Origin: Phoronis australis
Lineage: Eukaryota; Animalia; Phoronida
Length of the DNA: 64,000 nt
Assembly (NCBI GenBank): GCA_002633005.1
Contig: NMRA01000826.1
Coordinates: 66,978-130,977, forward strand
Direction of reading: 5' to 3'
In this document: piece after piece, positions 1-13,655 of the stretch
Layout: each line of letters begins with the position of its first letter
Numbering within the stretch: the stretch's first letter is position 1
The notes under the pieces: generated by a model
The model's input: the letters and a program-made list of their open reading frames with translations, nothing else
What the model was told of the DNA's origin: nothing
Databases searched by the model: none
Program-made: the position numbers and the translations under genes

Positions 1-518
1 TCAGTTAGTCCACCTTTCTGCAAGTACAGTGTGTGGCCTATCTCATTCAACCATCTCCATCACTCATTCAAGTTGTGTTATATTTGTCAACATTTTTCCC
101 CACCCACCATCCCGTCATTTACCCCTCTCCAATTTTAACCATTTTGTTACGCTTTTCATGTGTTTTGGGTCATTACTTCTTATTCCGTCTTACTCTGGGT
201 TCTTTTACGCACACGCCCTAAACGATTTTCCTTATGCCTATCTTGCAGTTTTTTGTGTGTTCATTGTCTGTACATACATCATAATACATATCAACATGGT
301 TCAATGATCCACTTCTTATTTTACATTGCAACATGGCTTGTTGCATACTCCAGACAAAATAGATTCCAATAACTAATGTAACGTGATACTTACAAACAGC
401 CCTAGATTTATATGGTTTGTAGTGCAGTCGTGGGCGTATTTCATCTCTTTGTATAGATCTTGTGACATGAGTTGCTGTGAGAGGTAAATCTGAGCCTTGG
501 TGTCATCTTGTGTTGCAG

Positions 519-600
519 GTATGAAGTCAAGTTCCAGAGTGGTATGGACTGTGGGGGCTCTTACGTCAAGTTGCTGCAGCAAGACCCTGGCCTAGACTTG
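519..600 (+). CDS. CANX: Calnexin internal exon (lectin domain); gene starts upstream of the window
   Basis: ttgcag|...|gtatgt; encodes YEVKFQSGMDCGGSYVKLL, the calreticulin/calnexin family signature. Confidence 0.95.
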
Positions 601-1878
601 GTATGTACAACCCCATAACATCCACAGGCATAAACATTTACCACTAATCTTGCAAACTTTCTTTATTGATTATATTCACTACACAAGTATGTGTACATTT
701 TTCTTTAAGGTCTTTTACTTTAGCTCCCAATACCGTGTTTGTAAATAACAAACAATTCCACCAAAGTCTTGACAGCTGAGGTTTTTGTCTGAGAGGTCTT
801 GAAAGAAAATCAAACTCTAGCTTTCTTACTTAAAGTGTTCCATCAAAGAATGAGACGAACTATCACTCTATCACTATAAAGAATGTCTCAAATTATTCCT
901 GACTCAGCAAAGATTAAGACCATGACAGTGTGTGCCCTTAATCAAAAGTTGGTTTTTGTTGAGGAAGGCTGGTTAACTATTACTTCAACAGAACAAATAA
1001 ACAGAATTTGCAAGTTTTGTACAAGAATTTTCATGCCTGAAAGTTATGATGATCTTAAAAAAACAGTTTTTGTCTCTAAAAACGTTTGGACATTATTTCA
1101 GAGAGCATAGTGTTGTTGCTGGGCTCATTATGGATTTTAAAATATTTTTGATGGGACCAAGCTCAGTGTTTTGAAAAATGTGCCTCTTGACGTTTGGTTT
1201 CATAGGCTGTTATTTACCTTGAGCGGTTTATTTGGGTTTGGCTGCCAGTATTTGAAAATCTGTACAATACCGATACTGTGTGGTCCTTTAACCACGGGAG
1301 TGTCATCTGCATATTTTGATAGGGTGCGCCTCTGGGAAATTGGGATATTGAGCCTTTTAGAGAGTGGTTTACTGACTGTGAGCTGCACAGTTTGTTTCCC
1401 ATCTTGTTTGATTGAATTGAGAAATAAAGCAAGAAATCCTAAATGAGTCACACAGCTCTAAATGTAATGATTTTGGCACAGCACTTTTCATGTTGATACC
1501 ATACTAGCATTTTTCATTATAGTATTTGGTACATCACCGGCACTTCTAAAATATGTCCAACTACTAGACTTTACCGGGATTCACCCATGCATAAAAGTAG
1601 TCATCGGGGAATATTGTTAATATGGCTAAAATACCACAGAATACCTGTCATCAATTTAGTGTTGCAGTTTTGAAGATATTCACTAGGTGGTGTACTGTTG
1701 GGAATGATCTCTTGAATAAAGTGAGAACAGAAAACTGTTCCTCTGCATTTGTGTCAGTCCAACTTGTTTCAATACCACCACCTAGTAATCTCATTTTGAC
1801 AAGAATCATGCAATGCAAGTTTACTTCCTTTACCAGCTCTGAATCTCTCAGCCACAGTAAATTTCCGCTTGTTTCCAG

Positions 1879-1995
1879 AAAAACTTTGTGGACAAGACAC
1901 CTTTCACCATCATGTTTGGACCTGACAAGTGTGGCACCGATGCTAAGCTTCACTTCATTTTCCAGCACAAAAACCCCAAGACAGGGAAATATGAG
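1879..1995 (+). CDS. CANX: Calnexin exon
   Basis: [39 protein letters not shown] (IMFGPDKC motif); AG/GT, phase 0-0. Confidence 0.95.
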
Positions 1996-2010
1996 GTAAA
2001 AATGTGCTCT

Positions 2011-2163
2011 AGTCTGTGTGGATGTGCTTTAAACATGGCTGTGGTAGTGTGTGTGTATTAGAACGGCTTTCTTGTACACTCTGCAAAGTACAGCTATATT
2101 AAATGTCCTTTTTCACAGCAGCTTATGGTTACTCTATTTGTTTGTGTTTGGACGGGGACAATA
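2011..2163 (+). ncRNA. Candidate intronic H/ACA snoRNA, copy 1
   Basis: hairpin, ANANNA (ATATTA 2096-2101), hairpin (tgtcc..cacag/ttgtg..ggacg), ACA at 2158; homology with two other intronic copies ends at the ACA. Confidence 0.4.
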
Positions 2164-2873
2164 TGTACTCACTGCTAATATATGTGTGCGTTTAGGCTCA
2201 CATGCCTACATGTGAAGCTATGCCTATATGTAATGTGAAGTGTGTATGCCTATATGTGAAGCTATGCCTATATCTGAAGTGAGGTGCTTCTGCCAACATG
2301 CTATAACTGTATCAGAAGTGAGGTACCTGTGACTACACGTGAACCTATGGCTATATCAGAAATGAGGTGCGTGGGCCTACATGTTTAGCTATGTCTATAT
2401 CTGAAGTGAGATGTGTGTGCCTTTACGTGAAGCTGTGCTTATATCTAAGGCTAAGTGCTTGTGCCTTCATGTGAAGCTCACTGACCACTTGCTCATCTTG
2501 TCCCTTGGTCAGGTGAGAAGTGATTTTTGATCTTGACATGCAAAGAACGAATGGTTTGTTGTTACTCGAGATCATGCCCAGTGCATAGAATAACACACCC
2601 TGACATGTCAACTTGTAAAGCTCGTCCTTGAGCAATAAGAAACTGCCAATTCTTTCCAATCCCACAAATCACATCTGTTTTACTAAGGAACAATTTGAAA
2701 TCAATTTCATAAAGGTCCGTGGTCTAAGCGGGTTAAGTTGGGTTAATAGCCGCTTTAATTTAATAAGTGTTTTCATTTAAAGTGTTTAATTCCCTGTCAA
2801 ACATTGATTTAGACCATGAAGTTGTGTCATCACGTCCATACACACTTGTCACACTAATGGCTCTTTTTGACAG

Positions 2874-3028
2874 GAAAAACACGCCAAACCTCCGACCAAG
2901 AAGTTCAGTGAAGCGTTTGACGATAAGAGGACTCACCTGTTTACACTCGTGTTATTTCCCGACAATAAGTTTGAGATCTATGTAGACCAGAACCTTGTTA
3001 ACTCTGGCAGTCTGTTGGCAGATTTCAG
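2874..3028 (+). CDS. CANX: Calnexin exon
   Basis: EKHAKPPTKKFSEAFDDKRTHLFTLVLFPDNKFEIYVDQNLVNSGSLLADF; phase 0-2. Confidence 0.95.
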
Positions 3029-3425
3029 GTAGGCAGTACATTTGTAGTTCATAACATGAGGCGCCTTGAAGGCAGTTGGTTGTCATAATTGGACACAACT
3101 TGCTTCTTGCCTAGTTATGAATTACAGGTTGTCTGAACATTGTGTGCACATTTCAAATCAAATGAACAACATTGTTTAATGACACAGGAATAAGATTATT
3201 GGTTTTTACGAGGTGACTAAAAGGAATTAAATCTTTCAACTAAATGTATCCTTTGAAAAATAATTTTCTGCATTTCGTCAACGTTTTTGAGTTTTTAGTA
3301 CCTGTTACTACACACAGAAAATTTCTTTTCTCAAAAACTGAAATATTTGTTTATCATTCCAGCACATACAGAATATGTGACAGGTGTCACACGTACTCTT
3401 GCACCAAGTTGTAAACATGCAGGTG

Positions 3426-3766
3426 ACCTGGTCACAGTGTACCTGGTCACACTGTACCTGGTCACAGTGTACCTGGTCACAGTGTACCTGGTCACAGTGT
3501 ACCTGGTCACTGTACCTGGTCACAGTGTACCTGGTCACTGTACCTGGTCACAGTGTCCTGGTCACAGTGTCCTGGTCACAGTGTACCTGGTCACTGTACC
3601 TGGTCACAGTGTACCTGGTCACAGTGTCCTGGTCACAGTGTCCTGGTCACAGTGTACCTGGTCACTGTACCTGGTCACAGTGTCCTGGTCACAGTGTCCT
3701 GGTCACAGTGTACCTGGTCACAGTGTCCTGGTCACAGTGTCCTGGTCACAGTGTACCTGGTCACAG
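3426..3766. repeat. 13-15-bp minisatellite (GTACCTGGTCACAGT variants)
   Basis: tandem array seen directly; explains the overlapping repetitive ORFs. Confidence 0.95.
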
Positions 3767-4073
3767 AGTGTGATCCATGACAATACTGCATTGGAAGTAC
3801 TTACACACTGTATTATAGAATATGTATCCTCAAACACTTCAAATACCTATTTTGATGTGACATTTCATAAATATAGACATTGTTGTGACAATTTAAACAA
3901 CAATGGATATCTGTTGCTTGGAGGTTTTGTGTTATGAAGACATTAGCTGCTAAGGTTGTTTAGGACCTTGATAAATGACTTCAACTCTTAAGTGAAATAT
4001 CGAAAAAAAAACTCTGCTTTGTTAACCATTGAAAGTACATATTTTCTAAAAGGAAAAGGATTGAGTATTGTAA

Positions 4074-5345
4074 GGGCTGTTCCAGCAAAATCCGTATGGG
4101 TGGGGGAGGCCGTCAGCAGAAATAAAAATTCATGGATGGTGGCCTTCAGAAAAAAGCTCAAATTATGGTGGTCGTTCTTGTAAGAAGTGAAGCATTAAAA
4201 GTGGGTGGTATTTTTGACCTGTAAATGTTGACAGGTTGGTATTACACATCTCAAAAGAAATCCAAACTCATCAAAAATTCACTTGGCTAATACCCTAACA
4301 TGTCCAAAAAACAAATAACACCATGTTGCCAGTGTACAGAGTGCAATATGTACACTAAGCCATTAATCAAGTCATGGGCAACTTGATTACAAGCACAAGT
4401 TTAACTGCAGTCATATTAGAATGAAAATGTCTGCAACACTAAATTGGTGTTAACACATATAAGAAAATTGATGATTTTAAAATAAAACGTATGAGGGGTA
4501 CGATAGACAAGTTCCAATATTCACCTGACATACCAGAATAAAAGAGCTCGTGGAGACAGTTTTAGATTCACAGATCCATGAAATTGAAAAAAACTTTATT
4601 GAAAGTACAGACACATGGTAACAGAGACACCTAGTGGCTGCCAAAAGCATTGCTCACAGGTGTCTTTGAAAAGCACATTTCTGGTAACTGATACGAGTTG
4701 TGATCTCACATGGAATTTTTCTGCACCCACAAAAACTTTGTGGTCGGTCCGTCTGTCATTATCCTTTCTTGTCCATCAATTATCTCAAGAACCGCTTGGT
4801 GGATCATGATGAAATTCGGTACAGAGGTACTTCGCAAGGATGCACCTGCACCAGTCGATTTTCCGGGCGGGTTTGGCAACTTTGGTATCCCATGTTGGCC
4901 GCTTTAGTTTTCGACAAGTCATTCCTTGCATGTTGATTATCTCTTCACTGATCACTGACAATGAAAGACGAAATAGAAGTATATCGCAAGAATGTGCTGG
5001 CACCAGTCAATTTTTGGATGCTGGATTCAACTACTGTGGCACAACTGGAAATTTGGCACAAAAATATGTAGCAGGGATGAATGCGTTGACAGAAGTCATT
5101 TTCGTTTTGATTTGACCACCCTCTTGGCTACTTTAGTTTTGACAATATTGGACAAGACAACTAGTTCTTGTCTGTCAACAGGTCATCCTGGAGGCAGTTT
5201 GTTTGCAAGTGTTGGATTTTATATTTTAACCTATTAGTTAAAAAATTATGGGTCATGGGTTGGAGAAATAAATGAAAAATATGGGCGGTGGGTACAAAAT
5301 AAAAGTGCCTTCTCCCCTCCCATACAGATTTTGCTGGAACAGCCC
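4074..5345. mobile_element. PIF/Harbinger-type non-autonomous element
   Basis: TIR GGGCTGTTCCAGCAAAATC..TATGG / CCATACAGATTTTGCTGGAACAGCCC; TAA target duplication. Confidence 0.85.
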
Positions 5346-5362
5346 TAAAGTTATGCTTCTTA

Positions 5363-5782
5363 TTACGGTGTCTTTATAATTGTCACGTGACCCCATTTTT
5401 TAAGTAAAATTTCCATGTGCAAGAAAGGTACATTCATAGCAAAATAACCCCCGGCTAATTATACTATAACTTTCTTGTATGAAAATTGACGTTGTGTCTC
5501 CAAAACACTGTTAAGAATTTTTTATTGTTCACTTAGTTCGAGGTTTATGCCAAATTAAGTTGCAAAACACCCAAATTTTTTGTAAAAAAACAACAGCGAT
5601 ATTGTTCGGTACACATTTTAAAGGAAAATTCTTACAGCATTTCTGAGACATAACAAAGTTTTTTATAAAAAAAATTAGCAAAATCGATTGGAGGTTTATT
5701 TTGCTATGAATGTACCTTTGTTGCACATGAAAATTTAACTTGAAAAACGTGTTCATGTACTAGTAATAAAGACACAGTTGTA
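5363..5782. mobile_element. Foldback MITE (TA-flanked, Tc1/pogo-like); related fragment near 47910-48170
   Basis: long internal inverted repeats (GGTACATTCATAGCAAAATAACC at 5428 / GGTTTATTTTGCTATGAATGTACC at 5693); ends TACGGTGTCTTTAT / ATAAAGACACAG. Confidence 0.6.
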
Positions 5783-5937
5783 AGAAGCGTATTTTTAGAA
5801 TCCTCGGTCTTTCTCCTTTCAGTAAGTACATACTTTTAATGGTTGACAAAGCATAGTTTTTTCGATATTTGACTTGGAGATGAGGTCATTTATTAAGATC
5901 TTAGATAATCTAAAAACAATTTGTTGACTAATTCCAG

Positions 5938-6012
5938 CCCAGCTGTCAACCCTCCTGCCGAGATTGAAGATCCCAATGATAAGAAGCCTGTTGACTGGGA
6001 CGAGAGAGAGAA
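5938..6012 (+). CDS. CANX: Calnexin exon (P-domain start)
   Basis: [24 protein letters not shown]; phase 2-2. Confidence 0.95.
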
Positions 6013-6505
6013 GTATGCAACTTAGCAACCCCTCCAGTCGATCAGCTGTCAAATTAGAACACCTGCAAACTATCTGACGATATGTTGATTAGCTGATATC
6101 GAGTTACCTCCATTTATCGATTGATTCATACTACATAGAACTGGGACAATCAATTACAGCATTAGTCATCCTCCAATGTGTAAAGCATGAAAAGCTTTTC
6201 TTCTATTTTCTCATTTTTGGAATGTTGAATACATGTGATATGCAGTGTTATTAAGGGAGATTTAATAATGCTGACAATTTAGTCACTTGTCAAAACAAGG
6301 TAAATGGTGATTTTAAGGTCTTTAATGGTTACAGTGATGAAGTTCTTGATATTTTAGCTGGAATGACTTCTTTTCCAGTCCTTAACAAAGACATGCAACA
6401 TTTAATGCCCATAGCTGTATCTGACATAAGCTAGAAGTTTAATGGGTTCTACATTATTACTGGCACAACCTCATTACCCTGTAAAGTTATGTGTTTCTCT
6501 TGCAG

Positions 6506-6541
6506 AATCCCCGACTCTGATGCAAAAAAGCCCGAGGACTG
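6506..6541 (+). CDS. CANX: Calnexin 36-nt exon (P-domain)
   Basis: IPDSDAKKPEDW; ttgcag|...|gtaggt; phase 2-2. Confidence 0.93.
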
Positions 6542-7167
6542 GTAGGTTATGTTAGGCTTGCCTGCATTTTCCTTAATGATAGTCTTTCTCAGAAATAACT
6601 GGGAGTTACTACCTGTCCTGTACTCTACTGTCCTGGTGTATTTAGTGGGTACCTAAGCAGAGTTTGCCTTCCACTTCCAAACATGGACCCACCTTCCAAA
6701 AATATTGGGGTTCAATTTGGATATCTTGGTGTTTGGAAGCAGTCCAGAAATCATGACACTAGAAAAGAGTGATGTCCAAATTGCATTTGGCAAACCAGGT
6801 GGTGGGTCTTTCTGTGCAGGGCACTCAGTCACCTGAAGGATAGATGCTTTATCTTATGAAAGGAGGATTTTGTGGCATTTTTTTACTAAGGCTGTAATTT
6901 TCTTGATGTTTATTTACTGCACTGTTTTTTGTGACAATAATCCTTTATGCATTCACAAATAAGCAAGTATAAACTTGAAGGTAAATAATTAGAAGTGAAT
7001 AATTGTTAAATTCTATGCTGTGTTATATCCTGTGTCACACATACTCCTTAACATTCACTGCTGTATATATCCAGTGTCATAGCATCTATATCCTGTCACA
7101 GTGACTGTGCTGTGTCACAGTGTCTATATCCTGTGTCACACAGTCTCATACTCCTTAACATTCACTG

Positions 7168-7296
7168 CTGTATTGATCCTGTGTCGCAGTGTTGATATGC
7201 TGTGTCACTCTACACATACAGCTACATTAACTGTCCTTCTTCACAGCAGCTCGTGGCTAATGTTCGTGAGTCTGTGTTTGGACGGGGGAGACAAAT
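7168..7296 (+). ncRNA. Candidate intronic H/ACA snoRNA, copy 2
   Basis: gctgtat/atacagc stem, ACATTA 7224-7229, second hairpin, ACA at 7291. Confidence 0.35.
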
Positions 7297-7549
7297 TATG
7301 TCAGCCTCTGTGTGGAACTAATTCATACCTCTACCCCAGCGGTGTTATTTAGGATTGAAACGGATGACATCACAACTTAAGATTTCCCAAGTTTTTTTTA
7401 AATTTTTTTATCATATCAATTCTTTTTCACGACATCTTACATTGATTAGCTTCTTTCATCAATTAAAATAGGTTTTTCCTGTATGGTATAAAAGTTGAAG
7501 CAAAGCTGCATTTCTGTGTAGAAATAAAAAATGGCCAGTGACTAACTTA

Positions 7550-8104
7550 GGGCTGTTCCAGTAACATCTGTATGGGAGGGGGGGAAGGCACCTATTTTTC
7601 GCACCCACCACCCATATTTTTCATTTATTTCTTCAGCCTACCACCCGTAATTTTTTATAAGTTTGAAATGCAACCACCCGTAATTTTTTTTGTTCTTGTG
7701 GTTGACTGCACAGACGCTTGAGTTTATCTGTTCCTCCATCACCACTGATGTCATTCATTACTAAGAAAACACATGTTTCTTATATATGGTTATTAGCCAT
7801 AGAGAAATTCGAGCACCTGTGGTTAAATGGTGTTATGGGCATGCCGATGAGGAGATCGGAGGGAGTGAAAAAGTTGCATTTTTGTTTCAGTTTTTGATTC
7901 TGTGCGGATTGTTTATAAAATTTACTAAAATTACCCACCATCAAACATTTATGGCCCAATGAAAGAACAACGACCTGTGAATTTTTATTTTTTTGAAGTA
8001 CGACCACCAGCCATTTTGAATTTAAATCAAACACAACCACCCATAAATTTTTATTTCAGTTGCCTTCGCCCCCCCCTCCCACACAGATTGTGCTGGAACA
8101 GCCC
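7550..8104. mobile_element. PIF/Harbinger-type MITE, same TIR family
   Basis: GGGCTGTTCCAG...CTGGAACAGCCC with TTA duplication. Confidence 0.88.
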
Positions 8105-8431
8105 TTAGTAAAGTTATTAAATCCGTGACCAGTTACAAAAACTGCTTCTTTTCAGTTCCAAAGATGAGTAGGATTCCTGGTTCAGTTGTGTCTACTTCTC
8201 AATGGTATTTCATTCCATCCCTCTATGAGAAACGTAATGATTGTGTCGCCAGTCTCAAATTGTTTTGTGAGATGGTAGCCAGAGTTTAGTGACGGGTCAC
8301 ACACACGCGTTGAGACTACCTCTTCAACCAAACATAATAAAACGTGGTCGCGTGAGCCTCCCGGTCATTTTGCATTTTTTCCTCAATGCTTGCCTCCACC
8401 TTCTGCTGGTGATTGTCAAAGTTTATTTCAG

Positions 8432-8545
8432 GGACGAGACATTACCAGAAATGATTCCTGATGAGAGTGCTGTGAAGCCTGAAGGTTGGCTAGATGATGA
8501 GCCTGATTTGATCCCCGACCCGTCTTCAGAGAAACCATCTGATTG
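8432..8545 (+). CDS. CANX: Calnexin exon (P-domain)
   Basis: [38 protein letters not shown]; phase 2-2. Confidence 0.95.
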
Positions 8546-8631
8546 GTTAGTTCATCACTATTATACCACTGACGTCAGGCCTGAATAAGTTTAGTGCAGG
8601 ATGGTACTAAAACCATTCAGAACATCATATC

Positions 8632-10124
8632 TGCCGTACTCGTCCGGATTACCACTCATGCTTGGCTAACCGTCCACCCCAAAATTTTCATTTTTAAGCG
8701 CCCATGCTCGGCTTACCACCCACCCCCAATTTTTTATGATCGAAACCTTCTTAAAAGCGTGTGTGCTTTTGTGAATGTTCGTCTCGCAAAACTAAGATTT
8801 CAAAACGTGTGCAATTCGCTTACTTTTCAATGACAATCAGTTTTAGCAGAACCGGGAACTTGCCTTACTATGGCGGTAAAATAACCATATTCTCATGCTC
8901 TACTAAAGTAGACACAATATTGTTTCCTTTGGCTCACGTGCAGAACTCGTGTCAGCATGTACTGAGACAGCTCTTGTCGAATGTATTTCATTGCCGTGGA
9001 AAAACCAACAAAGTGGTACTTGACAAGAATTTCAAGTCCGTGGCCTACCTTTCTGGATAACCCTGACTGAACACGAAACATCACCTTGAGCAATGAAATA
9101 TAAAAAAAAAACACGAGCACACTTGGATGATACATGACCATCGATTTTGGAAACTCCACCGGCAATATTTTGGATGCATCGTTTTGAATACAAGCCAATA
9201 CGGGCCATATTTCCGTGTCTTCATTATAATCACGTTTTTAATGGCTCATTCCTGAGACCAAAGTGGAAGCGCCCAACCAAAAGCAACGGTGCAAGAAATC
9301 AACTTAAGCGCTAGTCGAACATTCTATCCACATCTACGTGGTCAAAACTTATTTTTTTTTGAACTCCTGATTTGCTTGTTGACTTTTTGCGTGATGTGTT
9401 TTTGCTTTTTACATGCGTTTTTGCTTCATTATTTTCGCAGCCGACTGACCACCCCTATTGCCTAACAGTAGTACCGTCTGATTGTTGATCACGTGCTTTG
9501 AACAAATTCTGGGAGGTCGGTATTGGCTGTTCAACACAGAAAGAAGTATACAATGCATATAAAATGTAACATTGTTCAAACTAGGTTCAAAGTATTTAGA
9601 AGAAAGACCGGCTGTCAATCATTAGCACGTGTGGTTGCCAAAGTAATTATCAGCAGCATATCTTTACAAAATCACCTGCTTCCAGAGCAGTACATGATGA
9701 TCTCGCGTAGTCTTGCGTGATTTCGCTTTTCTCAAGAAACGTGCCCTACTGAAGGCACGTCTATCTGTAAGAATACCTCAGTTCCATGACATGACGAGCA
9801 GCGACCGAAGTACGTAAAAACCCAATTATGCTCGGGATCACAGCGCCACTGTATCCTGTGCGCTATTCCACTTCAGCCCGTCGAAGTCCATTACTTCAAT
9901 CTGCCGACGTATATTTCAACTAACGTGCTTGAAGTCCGGTATCAGTGTACCTCCGTGAGGGTAAAATCGGTCTTTTTTGCAGTAAGCACCCACTCCCGAC
10001 TTTTCAAAAATGTCAATTTTGACCGCCCATGCTTGGCTTACCGCCCATGCTTGGCTTACCGCCCACCCTGTTTTTTAGATTCCCACTTTAAGCGCCCTGG
10101 GCGATAACCCGAACGAGTGCGGTA
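8632..10124. mobile_element. Non-autonomous pogo/Tigger-like DNA element
   Basis: imperfect TIRs CCGTACTCGTCCGGATTA / TAACCCGAACGAGTGCGGTA; subterminal CGCCCATGCTTGGCTTAC repeats at both ends; CpG-rich interior. Confidence 0.65.
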
Positions 10125-10294
10125 TGTTCTTTAGTTTAACTTTTTGTGTTGGAAGGTTGATTGCATTAAATTCTAATATTTGTTTGACACTTGCCTGCCA
10201 TACTGTGTCACAAGCAGAACCTGCGTTTTGGTTTTGCAAGTTTATTTCACCGAGACCTCTGTTGTCCTATTTACACTGTTAATGTATCTTGTAG

Positions 10295-10335
10295 GGACGA
10301 TGACATGGACGGAGAGTGGGAACCAGCCAAGATCT
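10295..10335 (+). CDS. CANX: Calnexin exon (P-domain tip)
   Basis: DDDMDGEWEPAKI; phase 2-1; donor gtgagt. Confidence 0.95.
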
Positions 10336-10503
10336 GTGAGTATTTTATTGGTGTTCTTGGGTTTGCTATGTTTTGAAAATCAAATATTTGTATGTGTACT
10401 TGTTGGCAGCATGGATACTACTGATATGCTTCTGAAAGTCATGGAAATATTGAGGTATCTTGTATTAAAATACCTGTCCTTGATTTATGTGGCTCAAGAC
10501 TGA

Positions 10504-10632
10504 ATGCTATATGGTAATGCTATATGGTAATGATATATGGTAATGATATGTGGTGGTAATGCTATATGGTAATGCTATATGGTAATGATATGTGGTGGTA
10601 ATGCTATATGGTAATGCTATATGGTAATGCTA
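10504..10632. repeat. 13-bp tandem repeat (ATGCTATATGGTA) next to a calnexin acceptor
   Basis: seen directly. Confidence 0.9.
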
Positions 10633-10650
10633 TTTTGTACTGTGTTTCAG

Positions 10651-10841
10651 CCAACCCCAAGTGTGAAGCTGCTCCTGGGTGTGGCGAATGGACACGACCT
10701 CAGATTAAGAACCCCCTGTACAAGGGCAAGTGGCGTCCACCTATGATTGCCAATCCCAACTACAAGGGTACATGGAAACCAAAATTGATCGCCAACCCAG
10801 ACTTCTTCGAGGACAAGACACCATACAAAATGACTCCCTTT
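10651..10841 (+). CDS. CANX: Calnexin exon (P-domain type-2 repeats)
   Basis: [63 protein letters not shown]; phase 1-0. Confidence 0.96.
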
Positions 10842-11595
10842 GTAAGTAGTCCATTTTTAATACAAAACAAATTTTCCCTGTATTGTGTACTAGTCTGGTT
10901 ATTGACTTCCTCCAGCACACCTATCTTCTTTCGTTACAATCAGTAGCTATAGTTACTGGGTATCAGATTTTTACTTGTTACATTAGTTCTACTTATAGAA
11001 CCTTGTTAACACTCATTTTTCTGCATTCCTTGAGAATGAGGCCTGCTTAATTCTAAGTTAGAGAACTGTTTCAGTGGTTAAATGGAAGTGCATGTGAAGT
11101 CAGAGGCGACAACATTTGCTCATTTGCATATTGTCCATTAATTTTCAAATTAAATTGGCCAAAGTTTGACAGAGAACTTTGTCAGACTCTGCCAATCTTG
11201 CACGAACTTGTTGTTATAGTTATTTGGCAATTTACTCAAATCTGTCGTAATAAAATAGTGTTTTTGTTGAAATTTAGTCAGATATTAATGACAGAATATT
11301 TCGTGTAGCCACTAATTGTTATTTGTGAGTTGACCTGCAAAGTTGAGTAATTTTGACAATCTGCATGGAGTGACACCTGTTGAGATTTTGTGGAGATTTA
11401 GCGAGAATTGGAGTGGGTTGTATTGAAAACGAAATGGAGTCATGGTTTTGTGTATGAATTTAGACATTGTCCAGTGTACTTTGGCTCAATTGGTATTTTA
11501 TTTTTTAATGAATGTTACATAGCAGCCTAGATTTTATAGGATTTCAAAAATGAAAATCGTGAAAGTTATAGATGATTTATTTGCTCCCCTGTCAG

Positions 11596-11751
11596 GTGGC
11601 TATTGGTCTTGAACTGTGGTCCATGTCTGACAACATCCTCTTCGACAACTTCATCATCACTGATGACAAGGCAGTTGCAGACAGTTGGGCTGGTAAAACA
11701 TGGCTACTCAAGAATCGCTACGAGACGGCTAAGGCTGCATCCAGTGGCAAG
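11596..11751 (+). CDS. CANX: Calnexin exon
   Basis: VAIGLELWSMSDNILFDNFIITDDKAVADSWAGKTWLLKNRYETAKAASSGK; phase 0-0. Confidence 0.93.
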
Positions 11752-13256
11752 GTACATTTGACCTCGTAGTAACTGCTGTGTAACTTGTTTTGATCATGTA
11801 TTCAACAAGGTGGTCACAATTTAAATAAGAATTTCCTGCCCAGTGTCGCTGTGGTAGATCTAATGTCCCAGGCAGTGCACAGTTTGTGTGATGGATGTGA
11901 ATCCAGGCTTTGGTGAAATTGTACCTGGCTGATAGCACTGTCTCCAGCAGAAATTGTTTCATTCGAACTTGGACTGGTTCCGTTTTCATACGTGCACATG
12001 ACTTTGTATAAATATGTGTGCATATTGCTATCTTGACGTTCTACATATTGGTCGTAATTGACTATCACCCTGCAGTATCGAGATCCATTTTTAACTACAG
12101 TGAGGGGGGCAAGTTTATCGAACTTAATACTAAAATCAACAGCATGCACACAAGTTGTGTTACCATTTTCTTTGTTTTCAAATGTTAGCAATGCCATCCT
12201 CACTTAATGATGATCACGAAGACACTCACCAGGTGGTGCTAATGTGTGATGTATACACTGTAACAGTAAAGCATAACAGTTGTGACAGGTGTGCATGTTT
12301 TATGAGGAAAACAGTGAACCTTTCATGTAACACTTCACTAAATTAAATGCAATAAGTAACCAAGAAAGTTTATTTTTAAAAGTTGTTTTAATTTAACTGG
12401 CGTTAATTGAACTTGATGATTAATATATCACGAATTAGTATGAGCGCCTAACACAATGTGTGAAACTTATTTCAACTCAACTTCGGCATGTGTGAAGTGT
12501 GGGTCACCAAATAACAGTGGGCAGTGTCACTTTCGACCTGTCGCACTTCAGCTTTCTTTGTCAAGATTGCTCATGAGCCAAAATAAAAATTTCTTCAATT
12601 TTAAATACAAACCATTATCGTATACACCATTGGTATAGTATTGGTCAGTGAACACAAACCATTATCGTATACAACATTGGTATAGTATTTGTCAGTGAAT
12701 ACAAGTAGTTAAAGTAAACTTACCTAGCTGCAGCACTATCAGCATCAATGCTTGACCTCATTTCTCTTGTCATTCAGTAAACCATTCCTCCAGAATTCAG
12801 TGATTTTGTGTCATCAAAGTGCTTCCCAAGAACTAAACCTACGAGTTAAGTCCAAACTGCTTGAAGAATTATAAAGCCAGTCTTACACAAAACAGTTTTG
12901 TTCAGTGTTGGTTAGTGATGCTATTTTATTCCAATTCAAAAATGTTGAATAATTTGTTTGCAAGACCACGTATGGCCCATAGGGTTGACTTGTGTCATTC
13001 AACTTGTGTGCATGATTGTGATTGTGATTATGCTGCAAAATGGGACTGCTGCAAAGTCCTTATTTTTGTATACTTAGGTTCAACAATTTTTTGGTATTCA
13101 TTTAATTTTGGTCATAGAAATGAGTATTTTAAATTGAACCCTATGTCGACCTGAAACAAGCGCATGATTTCTCTGTCCATCAACTATCTTGTTGTCTAAT
13201 TTTATGTACTTTCATTGTCATATGAGTTGTTTGACAACAATCTGATTGTTTTCCAG

Positions 13257-13394
13257 CTGAATTTTTTCCAAAAACTGTATCACTGGACTAAAGAGAAGCC
13301 TTGGATGTGGGCTGTCATAATACTGGCTATTGTGCTTCCCACTCTGCTCTTTATTGCGTTTTGCTGCATCAAAACGCCACATGGTAGAATCAAG
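13257..13394 (+). CDS. CANX: Calnexin transmembrane exon A (alternative)
   Basis: LNFFQKLYHWTKEKPWMWAVIILAIVLPTLLFIAFCCIKTPHGRIK; PWxW-TM-FCC pattern; ttccag|...|gtagtg; phase 0-0. Confidence 0.85.
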
Positions 13395-13655
13395 GTAGTG
13401 CAGTGTTGTCATTATGCATGCTCATCCCGGCCAGGTGACCTTCATGTCATCTGGAGAAGCTGGTGCTGGATAAATCCCTGCAATTTTCAAGGATGTGGTT
13501 GACACAGCTTTATGAACAATTGAGTAGTGTTCTTAGTGTCAACCTGCCCCTGTGTGTACAAATATTCAACAGAATTGTGTGAAGGTCACCGGGCCATACA
13601 TGTCTTATTTCTGTTCACTTTGTTGTTGTTGCAAGCTAACGTTTGTCTTCATCAG

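Noticed and set aside
3308-3937. Long overlapping ORFs (up to 196 aa) with repeats; superficially CRISPR-like periodicity
   Set aside because: Translations of an intronic minisatellite; no unique spacers, no cas genes, eukaryotic context.
13400-13563. H/ACA snoRNA between the two TM exons (hairpins, ACA at 13558)
   Set aside because: No convincing H box between the hairpins; the longer pairing with 13577-13602 explains the structure better. Not fully excluded.
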